DNA of 64,000 nt from Desulfobulbaceae bacterium (lineage in GTDB: Bacteria; Bacteroidota; Ignavibacteria; Kapaibacteriales; UBA2268), in contig JAGXRP010000033.1 of the NCBI GenBank assembly GCA_018335795.1, forward strand, positions 5,973 through 69,972, in the 5' to 3' direction. Numbering within the stretch: the stretch's first letter is position 1; each line of letters begins with the position of its first letter. The notes under the pieces were generated by a model. It did no database searches. It was not told the origin of the DNA and saw nothing but the letters and a program-made list of their open reading frames with translations. Made by a program: the position numbers and the translations under genes. Shown one piece after another: positions 31,145 to 40,541 of this stretch.

Positions 31145-32047
31145 TTATTTTTTTGCTATTATTGTGCCTCTGTATCCATCCACCTCTCTTAATAATTTGT
31201 AGCCGAGGGATTGAAGGGGTGGGACTATGGATTTGAATGCGGCTTCGCCATTGACTTCGTGGAGTGCTTCGATGAGTAGTTTGGGTGATTGGGTGGTGAG
31301 GAATTTTGTAGCTCCTTTGATGGCTTCTATTTCTGCACCTTCGATGTCCATTTTTAGGTAGCTGACTTTGTCGTAGCCTTGTCGTTCGATGATTTCATCT
31401 AAGGTTTCGCAGTGGATTGTGACTACTTGCTTGTTTGTGAATAATTCGTTGTCGTAGTCAATCAAGGTGTGCTCGCCCGGGCGGTTGCTGATGTGGAATT
31501 CTTTTGTGCATTTTTCAGACCATAGCGCTAATGGTATGATTTCGACATTTTGCAGATTGTTGTTGTCGAGATTTCGCTGGAGTGTGATGCGGTTTTGCTC
31601 GTCGGGCTCGATTGCGATTACTTTGCCTTTGGAGCCGACTTTTTTTGCTGCTTGGACTGTGAAGCCGCCGATGTTTGCTCCTGCATCTATGACTGTGTCG
31701 CCTTCGTTGATGTCGAAATAGGTGAAGTACTCGCTGTGGATGAAGAGCTCGCTGAGTATTTCGTATAGGAAGTAGTATTTGTTGACATCAAGGATTTTGT
31801 CCATTTTTGATTTTGTACCATAGTTGTAGCGCTCGGTGAAGTTGATTTCAGCCGGAATCTGCGATGGGGGAGATTCTAAGATTATTCCGCTTTTTAGCGT
31901 TACTTTCAAACTGCCGTCAGCGGTAATTTGGCTACGGGAAATTATATCGTTTACTTGGTAGTATTTGTTGAAAAATCGGTAATAAAGCAACTTCACAGGT
32001 GTGAGCAAAGCTGAATTTGAATCTGCAATTTTATTTTTGAAAGACAT
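31145..32047 (-). CDS. FkbM family SAM-dependent methyltransferase
   Basis: VIDAGANIG, AIEPD, LKMDIEGAE; start set at MSFK (32047). Confidence 0.92.
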   Translation of the reverse strand: MSFKNKIADSNSALLTPVKLLYYRFFNKYYQVNDIISRSQITADGSLKVTLKSGIILESPPSQIPAEINFTERYNYGTKSKMDKILDVNKYYFLYEILSELFIHSEYFTYFDINEGDTVIDAGANIGGFTVQAAKKVGSKGKVIAIEPDEQNRITLQRNLDNNNLQNVEIIPLALWSEKCTKEFHISNRPGEHTLIDYDNELFTNKQVVTIHCETLDEIIERQGYDKVSYLKMDIEGAEIEAIKGATKFLTTQSPKLLIEALHEVNGEAAFKSIVPPLQSLGYKLLREVDGYRGTIIAKK

Positions 32048-32133
32048 TTTTCTTAAATCATTTTTTGAACATCTTACTAAAATAAGCAAATTCGACAACA
32101 ATTTCATTTGTTCATCATTTTTTCGTGCTTTCT

Positions 32134-32156
32134 TGTATAAACGGTTTGTTTATTCA
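32134..32156. promoter_or_regulatory. Inverted repeat in the FkbM/WYL divergent region, candidate operator
   Basis: TGTATAAAC-ggttt-GTTTATTCA (1 mismatch); TATTTTTG -7-like element at 32167-32174. Confidence 0.35.
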
Positions 32157-32210
32157 CAAATATCTGTATTTTTGCTTTTTCAAAGTGCTAAGATTTAATC
32201 GGGTGTGATT

Positions 32211-33206
32211 ATGAGAAAGAAAAATTTGGATAGTAGCCAACAAGTTAGGCGAATACTTCGAATATTGAGACTTTTGTCATCAAATAATAATATGACTTCT
32301 ACAGAAATTTTCGACCATTTGATTGAAGATTGTAAAGAGGTTTCGATTCGGAGTATCCAACGAGATTTGAAGGTTTTGCTTGATGACGGGTATTTGGATA
32401 AACGTAAATCGGGCAAGGTAACGTTGTGGAAACTTAAGAAACATTCAAACATTGATTTCAGCCCCAAAAATATTCGTGAGAGTGAAATGATTTCATTCTA
32501 TATTTTGAAAGCGTATATAAGCACTTTCCGAGGCACTACTATTGAAACAGATTTGAACGAATTGTCTACTAAGTTAGAGTCGATGGTTCCGGGTGCAGTT
32601 TTTCTGGAGGACCCTTTTTATGGAGACCAAAACATTGGGTCATACGATTATTCTGATAAACATGAAATTTTGAGACTTTGCATCAAGCACATTAACGAGA
32701 AAAATTGGATTAAGATTAAATACGAGCGCTTGACTGACGATTTGGTTAAGGATTATACTATTTTTCCGCAATTTTTATATTCATACTTAGGCACAATCTA
32801 TCTGATAGCTTATAATCCGACACACAAAAGGTCAACTAATTTTGCTATACAAAACATCAAATCGATTGATGAAATATTTAATGCAATTAAAACAGAACCT
32901 AAATTTGATTATGACAAATTCAGGTCAGAAAGATTTGCTGTGATAGATGGTGATGTTGAAATGGTGAAAATCGTAATCAAAAAGGCATATGTAAAATATT
33001 TCGAGAATCGCCACATTCATATTTCGCAAAAAATCACAAGAAGTAAATCCGGTAATCTGAATATTGAGTTGAAAGTACCAATATCGAGCGATTTCATTTC
33101 GTGGTTGTCCCGATGGTGCAATGCGATAGCAGATATCCAACCAAAAGCACTCAAAGATGAATTATTGCTTCGGCTCAAAGATGCTGTAAAAACTTTGGAT
33201 GTATAG
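32211..33206 (+). CDS. HTH-WYL-WCX transcriptional regulator
   Basis: N-terminal wHTH (VSIRSIQRDLKVL), WYL-like IYLIAY...NFAIQNI, C-terminal HISQ...FISWL. Confidence 0.85.
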   Translation: MRKKNLDSSQQVRRILRILRLLSSNNNMTSTEIFDHLIEDCKEVSIRSIQRDLKVLLDDGYLDKRKSGKVTLWKLKKHSNIDFSPKNIRESEMISFYILKAYISTFRGTTIETDLNELSTKLESMVPGAVFLEDPFYGDQNIGSYDYSDKHEILRLCIKHINEKNWIKIKYERLTDDLVKDYTIFPQFLYSYLGTIYLIAYNPTHKRSTNFAIQNIKSIDEIFNAIKTEPKFDYDKFRSERFAVIDGDVEMVKIVIKKAYVKYFENRHIHISQKITRSKSGNLNIELKVPISSDFISWLSRWCNAIADIQPKALKDELLLRLKDAVKTLDV

Positions 33207-33244
33207 AATTAAATTATTTTATACTTTGATTTTTTTTCCCATAC

Positions 33245-33280
33245 AAAAAAAGAAGAAGACAATATCTTGTCTTCTTCATC
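33245..33280 (-). terminator. Terminator downstream of tRNA-Met
   Basis: gaagaagaca-atatct-tgtcttcttc hairpin with A run on its left. Confidence 0.75.
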
Positions 33281-33292
33281 TAATTCTATTTG

Positions 33293-33366
33293 TACCGGAG
33301 GAGGGATTTGAACCCCCGACACCCAGATTATGATTCTGATGCTCTAACCAACTGAGCTACTCCGGC
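33293..33366 (-). tRNA. tRNA-Met (CAT), probably elongator; CCA not encoded
   Basis: GCCGGAG-TAGCTCAGTTGGTTAGAGC-A-TCAGA-ATCATAA-TCTGG...GGTTCAAATCC...CTCCGGT-A cloverleaf; TATTTTTG element at 33380-33387. Confidence 0.95.
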
Positions 33367-33395
33367 GCATAATAGACTACAAAAATAAGCGTTTT

Positions 33396-33986
33396 TTACG
33401 AACTTTCCAAAAGTCTTTTTAATTCATCGCGAAGATTTGCAGCTTTTTCGTAATTTTCCTCTTTTATAGCTTTGTCTAATTCGATTTGTAGCTGCTCAAC
33501 TTTGCTCTTAGGTTGGATTTTGGTTTTCTTGTCAGGCTCTTTCATAAATTTCAAATCATCATCGTCATGATTGGGCAATTCTTCATCTTGAGGTACTACG
33601 CCTGTCATATCCAATATATCTGCATTCACAAATACCGGAATACCATATCGAACTGCTAATGCAACAGCATCTGAAGGACGTGAATCAATCTCAATATCGT
33701 TGTCGAATATCAATTTAGCATAAAAAGTACCGTCAACCAAATCATTAATGTGAACTTCGGTTAGTGTGGAGTCAAAACTGTCCACAATAGCTTTAATAAG
33801 GTCGTGAGTCATAGGGCGCGGCGGTATTACGCCTTCCATTTCCAGTGCAATAGCTTGTGCTTCAAAAGCGCCGATAATGATAGGTAATCTTCTTTCACCG
33901 TCCACTTCTTTCATAATCAAAGCGTAGGCATTGTTGCTCGCAGGGCTTGCCGATAATCCTAATACTACTAATTGTACTTTATCCAT
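33396..33986 (-). CDS. Bifunctional nuclease (DUF151) with UvrB/C motif
   Basis: LPIIIGAFEAQAI, RPMTHDL, DSRPSDAVALA, EENYEKAANLRD. Confidence 0.92.
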   Translation of the reverse strand: MDKVQLVVLGLSASPASNNAYALIMKEVDGERRLPIIIGAFEAQAIALEMEGVIPPRPMTHDLIKAIVDSFDSTLTEVHINDLVDGTFYAKLIFDNDIEIDSRPSDAVALAVRYGIPVFVNADILDMTGVVPQDEELPNHDDDDLKFMKEPDKKTKIQPKSKVEQLQIELDKAIKEENYEKAANLRDELKRLLESS

Positions 33987-34063
33987 AAATTTTATTCATT
34001 TTCAAATATAAAAAGACTGCTAATCTTGCGTTTTATTTGATATTTGGTATTGTTTGTGATTGT

Positions 34064-34092
34064 AAAAAAAAGGTGGAGTTCATTTCCACCTT
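34064..34092 (-). terminator. Intrinsic terminator of etfBA
   Basis: aaggtgga-gttcatt-tccacctt hairpin with A run. Confidence 0.7.
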
Positions 34093-34113
34093 ATTGAATT
34101 AATATAACGTTTA

Positions 34114-35079
34114 TCAGCCTTTGACAGCTTTTATTTTTTCAGTCAGTTTTGGTACAATTTCAAAAACGTCGCCAATGATTCCATAATCGGCAACTTTGAA
34201 AATTGGAGCATCTTTGTCCTTGTTGATTGCCAATATCACTTTCGAGCTCGACATACCTGCAAGATGTTGGACTGCTCCCGATATAGCACAAGCCACATAT
34301 AAATTTGGCGAAACAGTTTTACCTGTTTGACCAACTTGCTCTGCATGTGGTCTCCATCCGGCATCAACAACAGCACGCGATGCACCGACCGCTCCACCTA
34401 AAGTCGCTGCCAAATTCTCGACCATTGAGAAATTTCCGGCTTCTTTGAAACCACGGCCACCGCTTACGATAATGTCTGCTTCTGAAACGTCAAGTTTACC
34501 CGCATTTTTAGAAACATTTGTAACAGTTGCTTTTTTGTCATTATCAGAGATTGTTGCAGTGAAGTTGGTGACTTCAGGGCTTCCTACATCGTTTTTAATT
34601 GCTGTAAAAACGTTGGGGCGCAAAGAGAAAATTTTAGTTGCTTTGTTGATTTTTGTTTTAATCAGTGCTTTACCGGCATAAACAGGTTTTGTTGCAATAA
34701 TGTTGCCATCTGCAACTTCCAATCCAACACAATCAGCAACATATCCGGCGTCAATTTTTGCTGCTACTCTTGGAGCAATTTCCAATCCTGCGGCATTTGC
34801 TGCAAATAGTAAAACATCGGCAGATTCTGCTTTTGCCACTTGACTGACTATTTCGGCATATGCAGTTGATGAATAAGCTCCGCTGAATTCAACTGAAACT
34901 AATTTTTTCAATCCGAATTGTCCTGCCGAAGTAAATATTGATGGATTTCCTCCGATACATAACCCGAATATTTCAGCACCATTTGATTGAGCTAAGTTTT
35001 TTGCGGCAGTTATTAATTCGTTTGAAACTCTTTTGAAACCGTTATTTTGTGGCTCGAGATATACTAATATTTTTTTCAT
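34114..35079 (-). CDS. etfA: Electron transfer flavoprotein alpha subunit
   Basis: [32 protein letters not shown]. Confidence 0.95.
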   Translation of the reverse strand: MKKILVYLEPQNNGFKRVSNELITAAKNLAQSNGAEIFGLCIGGNPSIFTSAGQFGLKKLVSVEFSGAYSSTAYAEIVSQVAKAESADVLLFAANAAGLEIAPRVAAKIDAGYVADCVGLEVADGNIIATKPVYAGKALIKTKINKATKIFSLRPNVFTAIKNDVGSPEVTNFTATISDNDKKATVTNVSKNAGKLDVSEADIIVSGGRGFKEAGNFSMVENLAATLGGAVGASRAVVDAGWRPHAEQVGQTGKTVSPNLYVACAISGAVQHLAGMSSSKVILAINKDKDAPIFKVADYGIIGDVFEIVPKLTEKIKAVKG

Positions 35080-35092
35080 TTTCGTTCCTTTA

Positions 35093-35839
35093 TTAAATTA
35101 CTTTCGCATCTTCATGCAATGAGCGAACTATTTCGTTAATGTCGGCATCTGAATCTCCAAGGATTTTGCCAACGCGTTTGTTTACGGGTAATGCAATTGA
35201 AATGACTTCAACAGCAGCATCTACTTGGAAAAAGGGAACTTCATCTATTGGTTTCTTTTTAGCTTTCATTATATCGGGTAATTTGGGGTAACGTGGTTCA
35301 TTCAATCCCTTTTGAGCGCTAATTGCACAGGGAATTGAAAGCTCTACAGTTTCTTTTCCACCTTCAATATCACGTTCAGCTATGACTTTAGCTCCGTCAA
35401 CATTGAGTTTGGAAACAACCGAAGCAGATGGAATGTTCAATAATTCCGCTACCATCGAAGGAATTTGGAATGAATCAAAATCTACACTTTGGCGACCAAA
35501 AAAAATTATGTCGAAATTTTGATCTTTTACGCAATTTGCAATATTATGAGCAACTTGGTATGAATCAAGTTCGGAAGGTGCTTTTATGAAAATAGCCGAA
35601 TCGGCACCCATTGCCAAAGCATTACGCAAAATATCAGTCGCATCGTCGGCGGATACTGTCAATGCGGTTACTTCACCACCATTTTTTTCTTTCAATCTAA
35701 TTGCTTCTTCTAATGCAAATTCATCATAAGGGTTAAGTATGTACTTGACTCCTTTACTGTCAATTGTCTTTCCGTCAGGACCGACAAAAATCTTTGTAGC
35801 AGTGTCCGGTACACGTGATACACATACAAGTGAGTTCAT
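35093..35839 (-). CDS. etfB: Electron transfer flavoprotein beta subunit
   Basis: VPDT, NPYDEFALEEA, ALAMGAD, NEPRYP; start at MNSLV after GGAG. Confidence 0.95.
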   Translation of the reverse strand: MNSLVCVSRVPDTATKIFVGPDGKTIDSKGVKYILNPYDEFALEEAIRLKEKNGGEVTALTVSADDATDILRNALAMGADSAIFIKAPSELDSYQVAHNIANCVKDQNFDIIFFGRQSVDFDSFQIPSMVAELLNIPSASVVSKLNVDGAKVIAERDIEGGKETVELSIPCAISAQKGLNEPRYPKLPDIMKAKKKPIDEVPFFQVDAAVEVISIALPVNKRVGKILGDSDADINEIVRSLHEDAKVI

Positions 35840-35938
35840 TTTTTCTCCGTCTAATTCAAATATCATTTCTAAAATTTTATAAAAGTTAGAAACGAATTTA
35901 AAGCAAGATATTTTATTTGGAAGGTGAAATTATCGTTC

Positions 35939-36361
35939 TTATTTGGACTTTTTCAAGAGGAACATAATCGAATCATTAATTTTCGAATAGGCTTTAACGG
36001 CGCATGGTGGTATATCGGTCAAATGCCACGAAACAGGGTGATTAACGGTACAAATCGCTCCATCTTGACGGAAAGTCAAGCTAATTTCGCCATCAACTAT
36101 ATTGACTTTATCGCTGCAATACAAAATTTGCCAAACTAAAATATTTTTCTCGATTTCTGTGGGCTTATCTGTGATAATTTTATAGACAGATTCCTTTTTT
36201 TGAATTGCCATTTTCCAAGTTTTAATTGGTGTATCGACAGTTTCATTATAGAGTCTGAATTCTCCACCTACTACTACATTTGGAGAGGCTGACAAAGTAA
36301 CTGTCACATCAGAAATCTTGTTGCTAATGACACAAAAGCGGTCTAATTTACTCTCTTTCAT
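35939..36361 (-). CDS. Hypothetical protein overlapping the uvrA stop
   Basis: 140-aa ORF with ATGA overlap. Confidence 0.55.
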   Translation of the reverse strand: MKESKLDRFCVISNKISDVTVTLSASPNVVVGGEFRLYNETVDTPIKTWKMAIQKKESVYKIITDKPTEIEKNILVWQILYCSDKVNIVDGEISLTFRQDGAICTVNHPVSWHLTDIPPCAVKAYSKINDSIMFLLKKSK

Positions 36362-39261
36362 GTTTGTTTCATTTCCTCCCTTAAGTATTTCGCAGTCAAA
36401 CTTGTTTTCTTCTTGATAATACTTTCAGGAGTTCCTTCAGCAATAATTTGTCCACCAAATTTTCCACCTTCGGGACCTAAATCAATTATCCAATCAGCAT
36501 TTTTAACCACATCAAGATTATGTTCGATAACAACGACTGTATTGCCTTTATCAGCTAATTTGTGCAACATTGCTAATAGCATATTTATATCTTCAAAATG
36601 TAGTCCTGTTGTTGGTTCATCTAATAAATATAACGTTTTACCTGTCGAAACTTTTGATAATTCGGCCGAAAGTTTGACTCTTTGAGCTTCGCCACCGGAT
36701 AAGGTAGGAGCTTGTTGCCCTAATTTAATATATCCAAGCCCGACTTCAAACATCGTTTTGATTTTCTTTTTCAATTTCGGTATGTCCGTAAAAAATTCGT
36801 TTGCTTCTTCAACAGTCATGTTCAAAACATCTGCGATTGATTTACCTTTGAATTTAACTTGCAAAGTTTCCGAATTATATCTCTGACCTTTACATTCGTC
36901 GCAAGTAACATAAACGTCCGGCAAAAAGTTCATTTCAATTTTTTTAATTCCTGCTCCCTGACATTCTTCGCATCTGCCTCCTTCGACGTTAAAAGAAAAT
37001 CTTCCCGATTTGTAACCCCGAATTTTGGCTTCTCGTAACTCAGCAAAATGGTCTCGAATTAAAGTGAATAGACCTGTGTAAGTAGCAGGATTGGAGCGTG
37101 GAGTTCTTCCGATGGGAGATTGGTCAATTTCGATTATTTTGTCAATATTATCAATACCATCAACGGAGCTATAGGGCAGAGGTACGGAACTGCTATTTTT
37201 ATTCAAATATCGTGAAAGTATTGGGTACAGCGTATCATTTATTAGCGAACTTTTGCCTGAGCCGCTCATTCCGGTTATACATACAAATGTTCCTAAAGGA
37301 ATTTTCAATGTTACGCTTTTCAAATTATTACCGGTTGCACCTTGCAAAATGATATATTTCCCATTTCCTTTACGACGTTCGGTAGGTGTTGTAATTGACT
37401 TAACATTTAGTAAATACTGTGCAGTCAAGGAATTGTTAAGTGCTTTGCTACTTAATTTATTCAATTCTTTCAAGGTGCCAGAAAATATAATCTCTCCTCC
37501 GTGAATTCCTGCTCCGGGACCAATATCAACGATGTGGTCGCCACTTTCAATCATAGCTTTATCATGTTCGACCACTATTACAGAATTTCCCAAATCACGC
37601 AATTCTTTGAGCGAATTTATTAGACGGTTATTATCATGTTGGTGCAATCCTATACTTGGTTCATCAAGTACATACAATACGCCTACAAGTTGCGAACCAA
37701 TTTGCGATGCCAATCGTATTCGTTGGGATTCACCGCCCGATAAAGTACGAAGGGGACGATTAAGATGTATATAAGCAAGTCCGACATTTTCGAGAAAACT
37801 CAATCTGTTGTTGATTTCCTTGAAAATCAAATGCGAAATCAAAATTTCTCTATCGTTTAACTTCTTTTCGATGTCTTTAATAGAAATTCTCAAATCGGAC
37901 AAGTCCAAATCGCAAAGTTCTTTTATGTTGTTACCATATAATTTGATTTGCAAAGTTTCTTTTTTGAGTCTTCCACCAAAGCAAGTCGGACATTTTATAT
38001 CAGTCAAATAAGGTTCAATATTTTTTTTCTGATTGTATGTAGTCGGGTTTTCATAAATATGTTTCAATGTTGGCAATACACCAAGAAATTTGTGCTTATA
38101 TTTTAGTCCTGTTCTCTCGAAATCATGCTCCAATTCAATAGAGTCTTCATTTCCGTACAAAATCATGTTTAATTTGCTTTGCTCAAGATGCTCCATTGCA
38201 ATGCTCAAATCAATCCCGTGTTTTTCGGCATAAACATCTAATTGTGTCCAAAGCCAACTCAAACTCTTTTTACCCAAAGGAGCAATAGCACCATCATAAA
38301 TTGAAAGTTTTGAATTCTCGAGAATAGCTGACAAATTAAAATCTTTAATTTCTCCAAGCCCTTGGCATGTTGAACATGCTCCGTTTGGCGAATTAAACGA
38401 GAACATATTTGGTACAGGTTCTTCATATGATTCGCCACAATTTGGGCAAGAATATTTTGTGCTGTACAAGACTTCTATGAATTCATCAGTATTAGTTTCA
38501 GATAAAATAATTAGATTTCCTTCGCCACGATTTAGAGCTAATTCTACTGATTCACGTATTCTATTTGTATGATTCTCATTCACAAGGCAACGGTCAACAA
38601 CAAGTTCTATATCATGAATATTGTATCGTTCGAGTTTCATTCCGACTACTAAATCACGAATTTTCTTATCAACTCTGACTTTTGTAAAGCCTTGTTTGGT
38701 AAGCAATTCAAAAAGTTCGCGATAATGACCCTTGCGGCTTTTGATAAGTGGAGCCAGAATTTGAATTCTTTTGTCTTCATAATCGTTCAGTATTGTTTGG
38801 ATTATGTCTTCAGCTGTTCGTTTTATTGCCGGAATATCGCACTTAACACAGTGTTGAATTCCGATTTTTGCAAAAAGCAGTCGCATATAATCATAAATTT
38901 CTGTTGCAGTACCAACTGTAGAGCGTGGATTGTGACTTATTGACTTTTGTTCAATTGATATTGCCGGAGATAGCCCTTCGATAATATCAACTTCGGGTTT
39001 TTGCATCATGCCCAAAAATTGCTTTGCATAAGGACTTAGACATTCAACATATCGCCTGTTAGCTTCTGCATACAATGTATCGAACGCTAACGTGGACTTG
39101 CCCGAACCGGATAATCCTGTAATCACAGTCAGAGAGTCTCGCGGAATAATCAAATCTATATTTTTAAGATTATGCTCACGTCCACCCTTAATGGTAATTT
39201 CTGTGATTTCATCCGCATAATCGCCAAATTCGGAAATAATTGAATCAAATTCTTTAATCAT
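36358..39261 (-). CDS. uvrA: Excinuclease ABC subunit A
   Basis: Two ABC ATPase domains (GLSGSGKS, GMSGSGKS, LSGGE), zinc fingers, RTPRSNPATY. Confidence 0.97.
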   Translation of the reverse strand: MIKEFDSIISEFGDYADEITEITIKGGREHNLKNIDLIIPRDSLTVITGLSGSGKSTLAFDTLYAEANRRYVECLSPYAKQFLGMMQKPEVDIIEGLSPAISIEQKSISHNPRSTVGTATEIYDYMRLLFAKIGIQHCVKCDIPAIKRTAEDIIQTILNDYEDKRIQILAPLIKSRKGHYRELFELLTKQGFTKVRVDKKIRDLVVGMKLERYNIHDIELVVDRCLVNENHTNRIRESVELALNRGEGNLIILSETNTDEFIEVLYSTKYSCPNCGESYEEPVPNMFSFNSPNGACSTCQGLGEIKDFNLSAILENSKLSIYDGAIAPLGKKSLSWLWTQLDVYAEKHGIDLSIAMEHLEQSKLNMILYGNEDSIELEHDFERTGLKYKHKFLGVLPTLKHIYENPTTYNQKKNIEPYLTDIKCPTCFGGRLKKETLQIKLYGNNIKELCDLDLSDLRISIKDIEKKLNDREILISHLIFKEINNRLSFLENVGLAYIHLNRPLRTLSGGESQRIRLASQIGSQLVGVLYVLDEPSIGLHQHDNNRLINSLKELRDLGNSVIVVEHDKAMIESGDHIVDIGPGAGIHGGEIIFSGTLKELNKLSSKALNNSLTAQYLLNVKSITTPTERRKGNGKYIILQGATGNNLKSVTLKIPLGTFVCITGMSGSGKSSLINDTLYPILSRYLNKNSSSVPLPYSSVDGIDNIDKIIEIDQSPIGRTPRSNPATYTGLFTLIRDHFAELREAKIRGYKSGRFSFNVEGGRCEECQGAGIKKIEMNFLPDVYVTCDECKGQRYNSETLQVKFKGKSIADVLNMTVEEANEFFTDIPKLKKKIKTMFEVGLGYIKLGQQAPTLSGGEAQRVKLSAELSKVSTGKTLYLLDEPTTGLHFEDINMLLAMLHKLADKGNTVVVIEHNLDVVKNADWIIDLGPEGGKFGGQIIAEGTPESIIKKKTSLTAKYLREEMKQT

Positions 39262-39318
39262 AATTTTTTTTTTGAATTTGAAATGCCGTAAAAAGTGTTT
39301 AGAAAATGTTCAAAACTT

Positions 39319-40398
39319 TCACTTATTGTATGGCTTACCCTTGATTTTCAAAATTGTGTAATCCAAACTGCTTGAATCTAATTTTTCCAATTTGTCAGTT
39401 GAATTTACTATCTCGACACTATATTCAAATGTTTTGTTGGGTCCTGTAAGTAAAATATCATTTGGGAAGTGTATTTGCTTTTTTTCTAACTTAGCTTGAA
39501 ATAAAGAGGCATCTTTTTCAATAGTCGTAGGCAAATAAGGAACAATTTCATTCATATAAATTTCACGAATCGCTTCGTCGTGTAAATATGCATTAGCAAA
39601 CTCATCGGGCTTTACTTCAGGTTCATCATTTACAGTAAATTCTTGCTTGAGTAGCTTAAGTAAATCATCTTTCTCACTCGAATTTTCGACAAATTTCTTA
39701 ATAAAATCATCAGTGGAATCATAAAATCGCTTTGATTGGATTTTGCTGTTAGTTTCTACCGAAAAGCCCAGAAAATCTTTGTAAAAATATTCTGCAGGTT
39801 TGGAATCAACCGAAAATTGTTCGTCATAAATAAAAGCTTTCCATTGACTATTTGGGTAATCAAGTTCCATCTCATCTTCGATTCGTCTTTGTAAAAGTGC
39901 AAATTTGAATTTTTTGGATGATGGGTCGAGAAAAATATCATCGAGATACTTGATAGTTGATTCTCGATTGTGAATTTCATACCTTAACGCAGAGAGTAAT
40001 TCTGCTTTAATGACAATTGGCAGTGGATAGCCGTTTTCGTCTTTAGCATCAATCATGATAAGATAACCGCCGGGAATTGTATTCACAGTTTGTGCTTGAG
40101 CGAGTTTCATTGCCACTTTGATTGAAGCATGTATAAATCTTTCATCCGAATGTTCATTCACTTCATTTACCAAACCAAAAAACGAATCGGGATAAGAATC
40201 GCTAATGAGTAATTCAAATGATTTGCCCTTCTTTTGTGATGCTTTGGCAAGTCTTTCGATGATTACCTTCAGCACTTGGTCCGAGAATCGGAATAAATTC
40301 TCATCTGTTATGACAGTTGCATGCTCAAGCCCATCGTTTTTTGCAACTATCTGATGCAATATAATTCGGTTGATAGTAATGTTATAAAAGTTAGTCAC
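39319..40398 (-). CDS. Nucleoid-associated protein, NA37/YejK-like
   Basis: RIILHQI, AEYFYKDFLG patterns; GTG start after AGGAG. Confidence 0.65.
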   Translation of the reverse strand: MTNFYNITINRIILHQIVAKNDGLEHATVITDENLFRFSDQVLKVIIERLAKASQKKGKSFELLISDSYPDSFFGLVNEVNEHSDERFIHASIKVAMKLAQAQTVNTIPGGYLIMIDAKDENGYPLPIVIKAELLSALRYEIHNRESTIKYLDDIFLDPSSKKFKFALLQRRIEDEMELDYPNSQWKAFIYDEQFSVDSKPAEYFYKDFLGFSVETNSKIQSKRFYDSTDDFIKKFVENSSEKDDLLKLLKQEFTVNDEPEVKPDEFANAYLHDEAIREIYMNEIVPYLPTTIEKDASLFQAKLEKKQIHFPNDILLTGPNKTFEYSVEIVNSTDKLEKLDSSSLDYTILKIKGKPYNK

Positions 40399-40498
40399 AT
40401 TTCACTCCTAATTCTTTGGATATTATTTTCTTGTGTTGTAAATGCAAATCTTACAAAGATAATTGATAATCGGCAAACATCAGTTTAATAGAATGTCG

Positions 40499-40506
40499 TA
40501 TTTTTG
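40499..40506 (+). promoter_or_regulatory. Bacteroidota-type -7 element upstream of glyQS
   Basis: TATTTTTG; a divergent TATCTTTG lies on the - strand at 40454-40461. Confidence 0.5.
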
Positions 40507-40541
40507 TAAGATTGTAGTAGAAACGAAAATTAAGGAAAAAT

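Noticed and set aside
26400-31200. Replication origin as the cause of the C-rich to G-rich skew switch
   Set aside because: Polarity is origin-like, but the bias fades within ~2 kb, distal genes look unskewed, and I saw no dnaA or DnaA-box cluster. Not fully excluded without a whole-genome skew plot.
31467-31768. Antisense ORFs inside FkbM
   Set aside because: By-product of A depletion on the + strand, which removes stop codons; no protein motifs.
31145-32047. Classical DGR (template/variable repeat plus RT)
   Set aside because: No reverse transcriptase and no TR/VR repeat pair seen; the changes are synonymous and the A loss is on the antisense strand.
18100-33366. tRNA-Met-integrated island bounded by att direct repeats
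   Set aside because: No second copy of the tRNA 3' end and no integrase found by eye.
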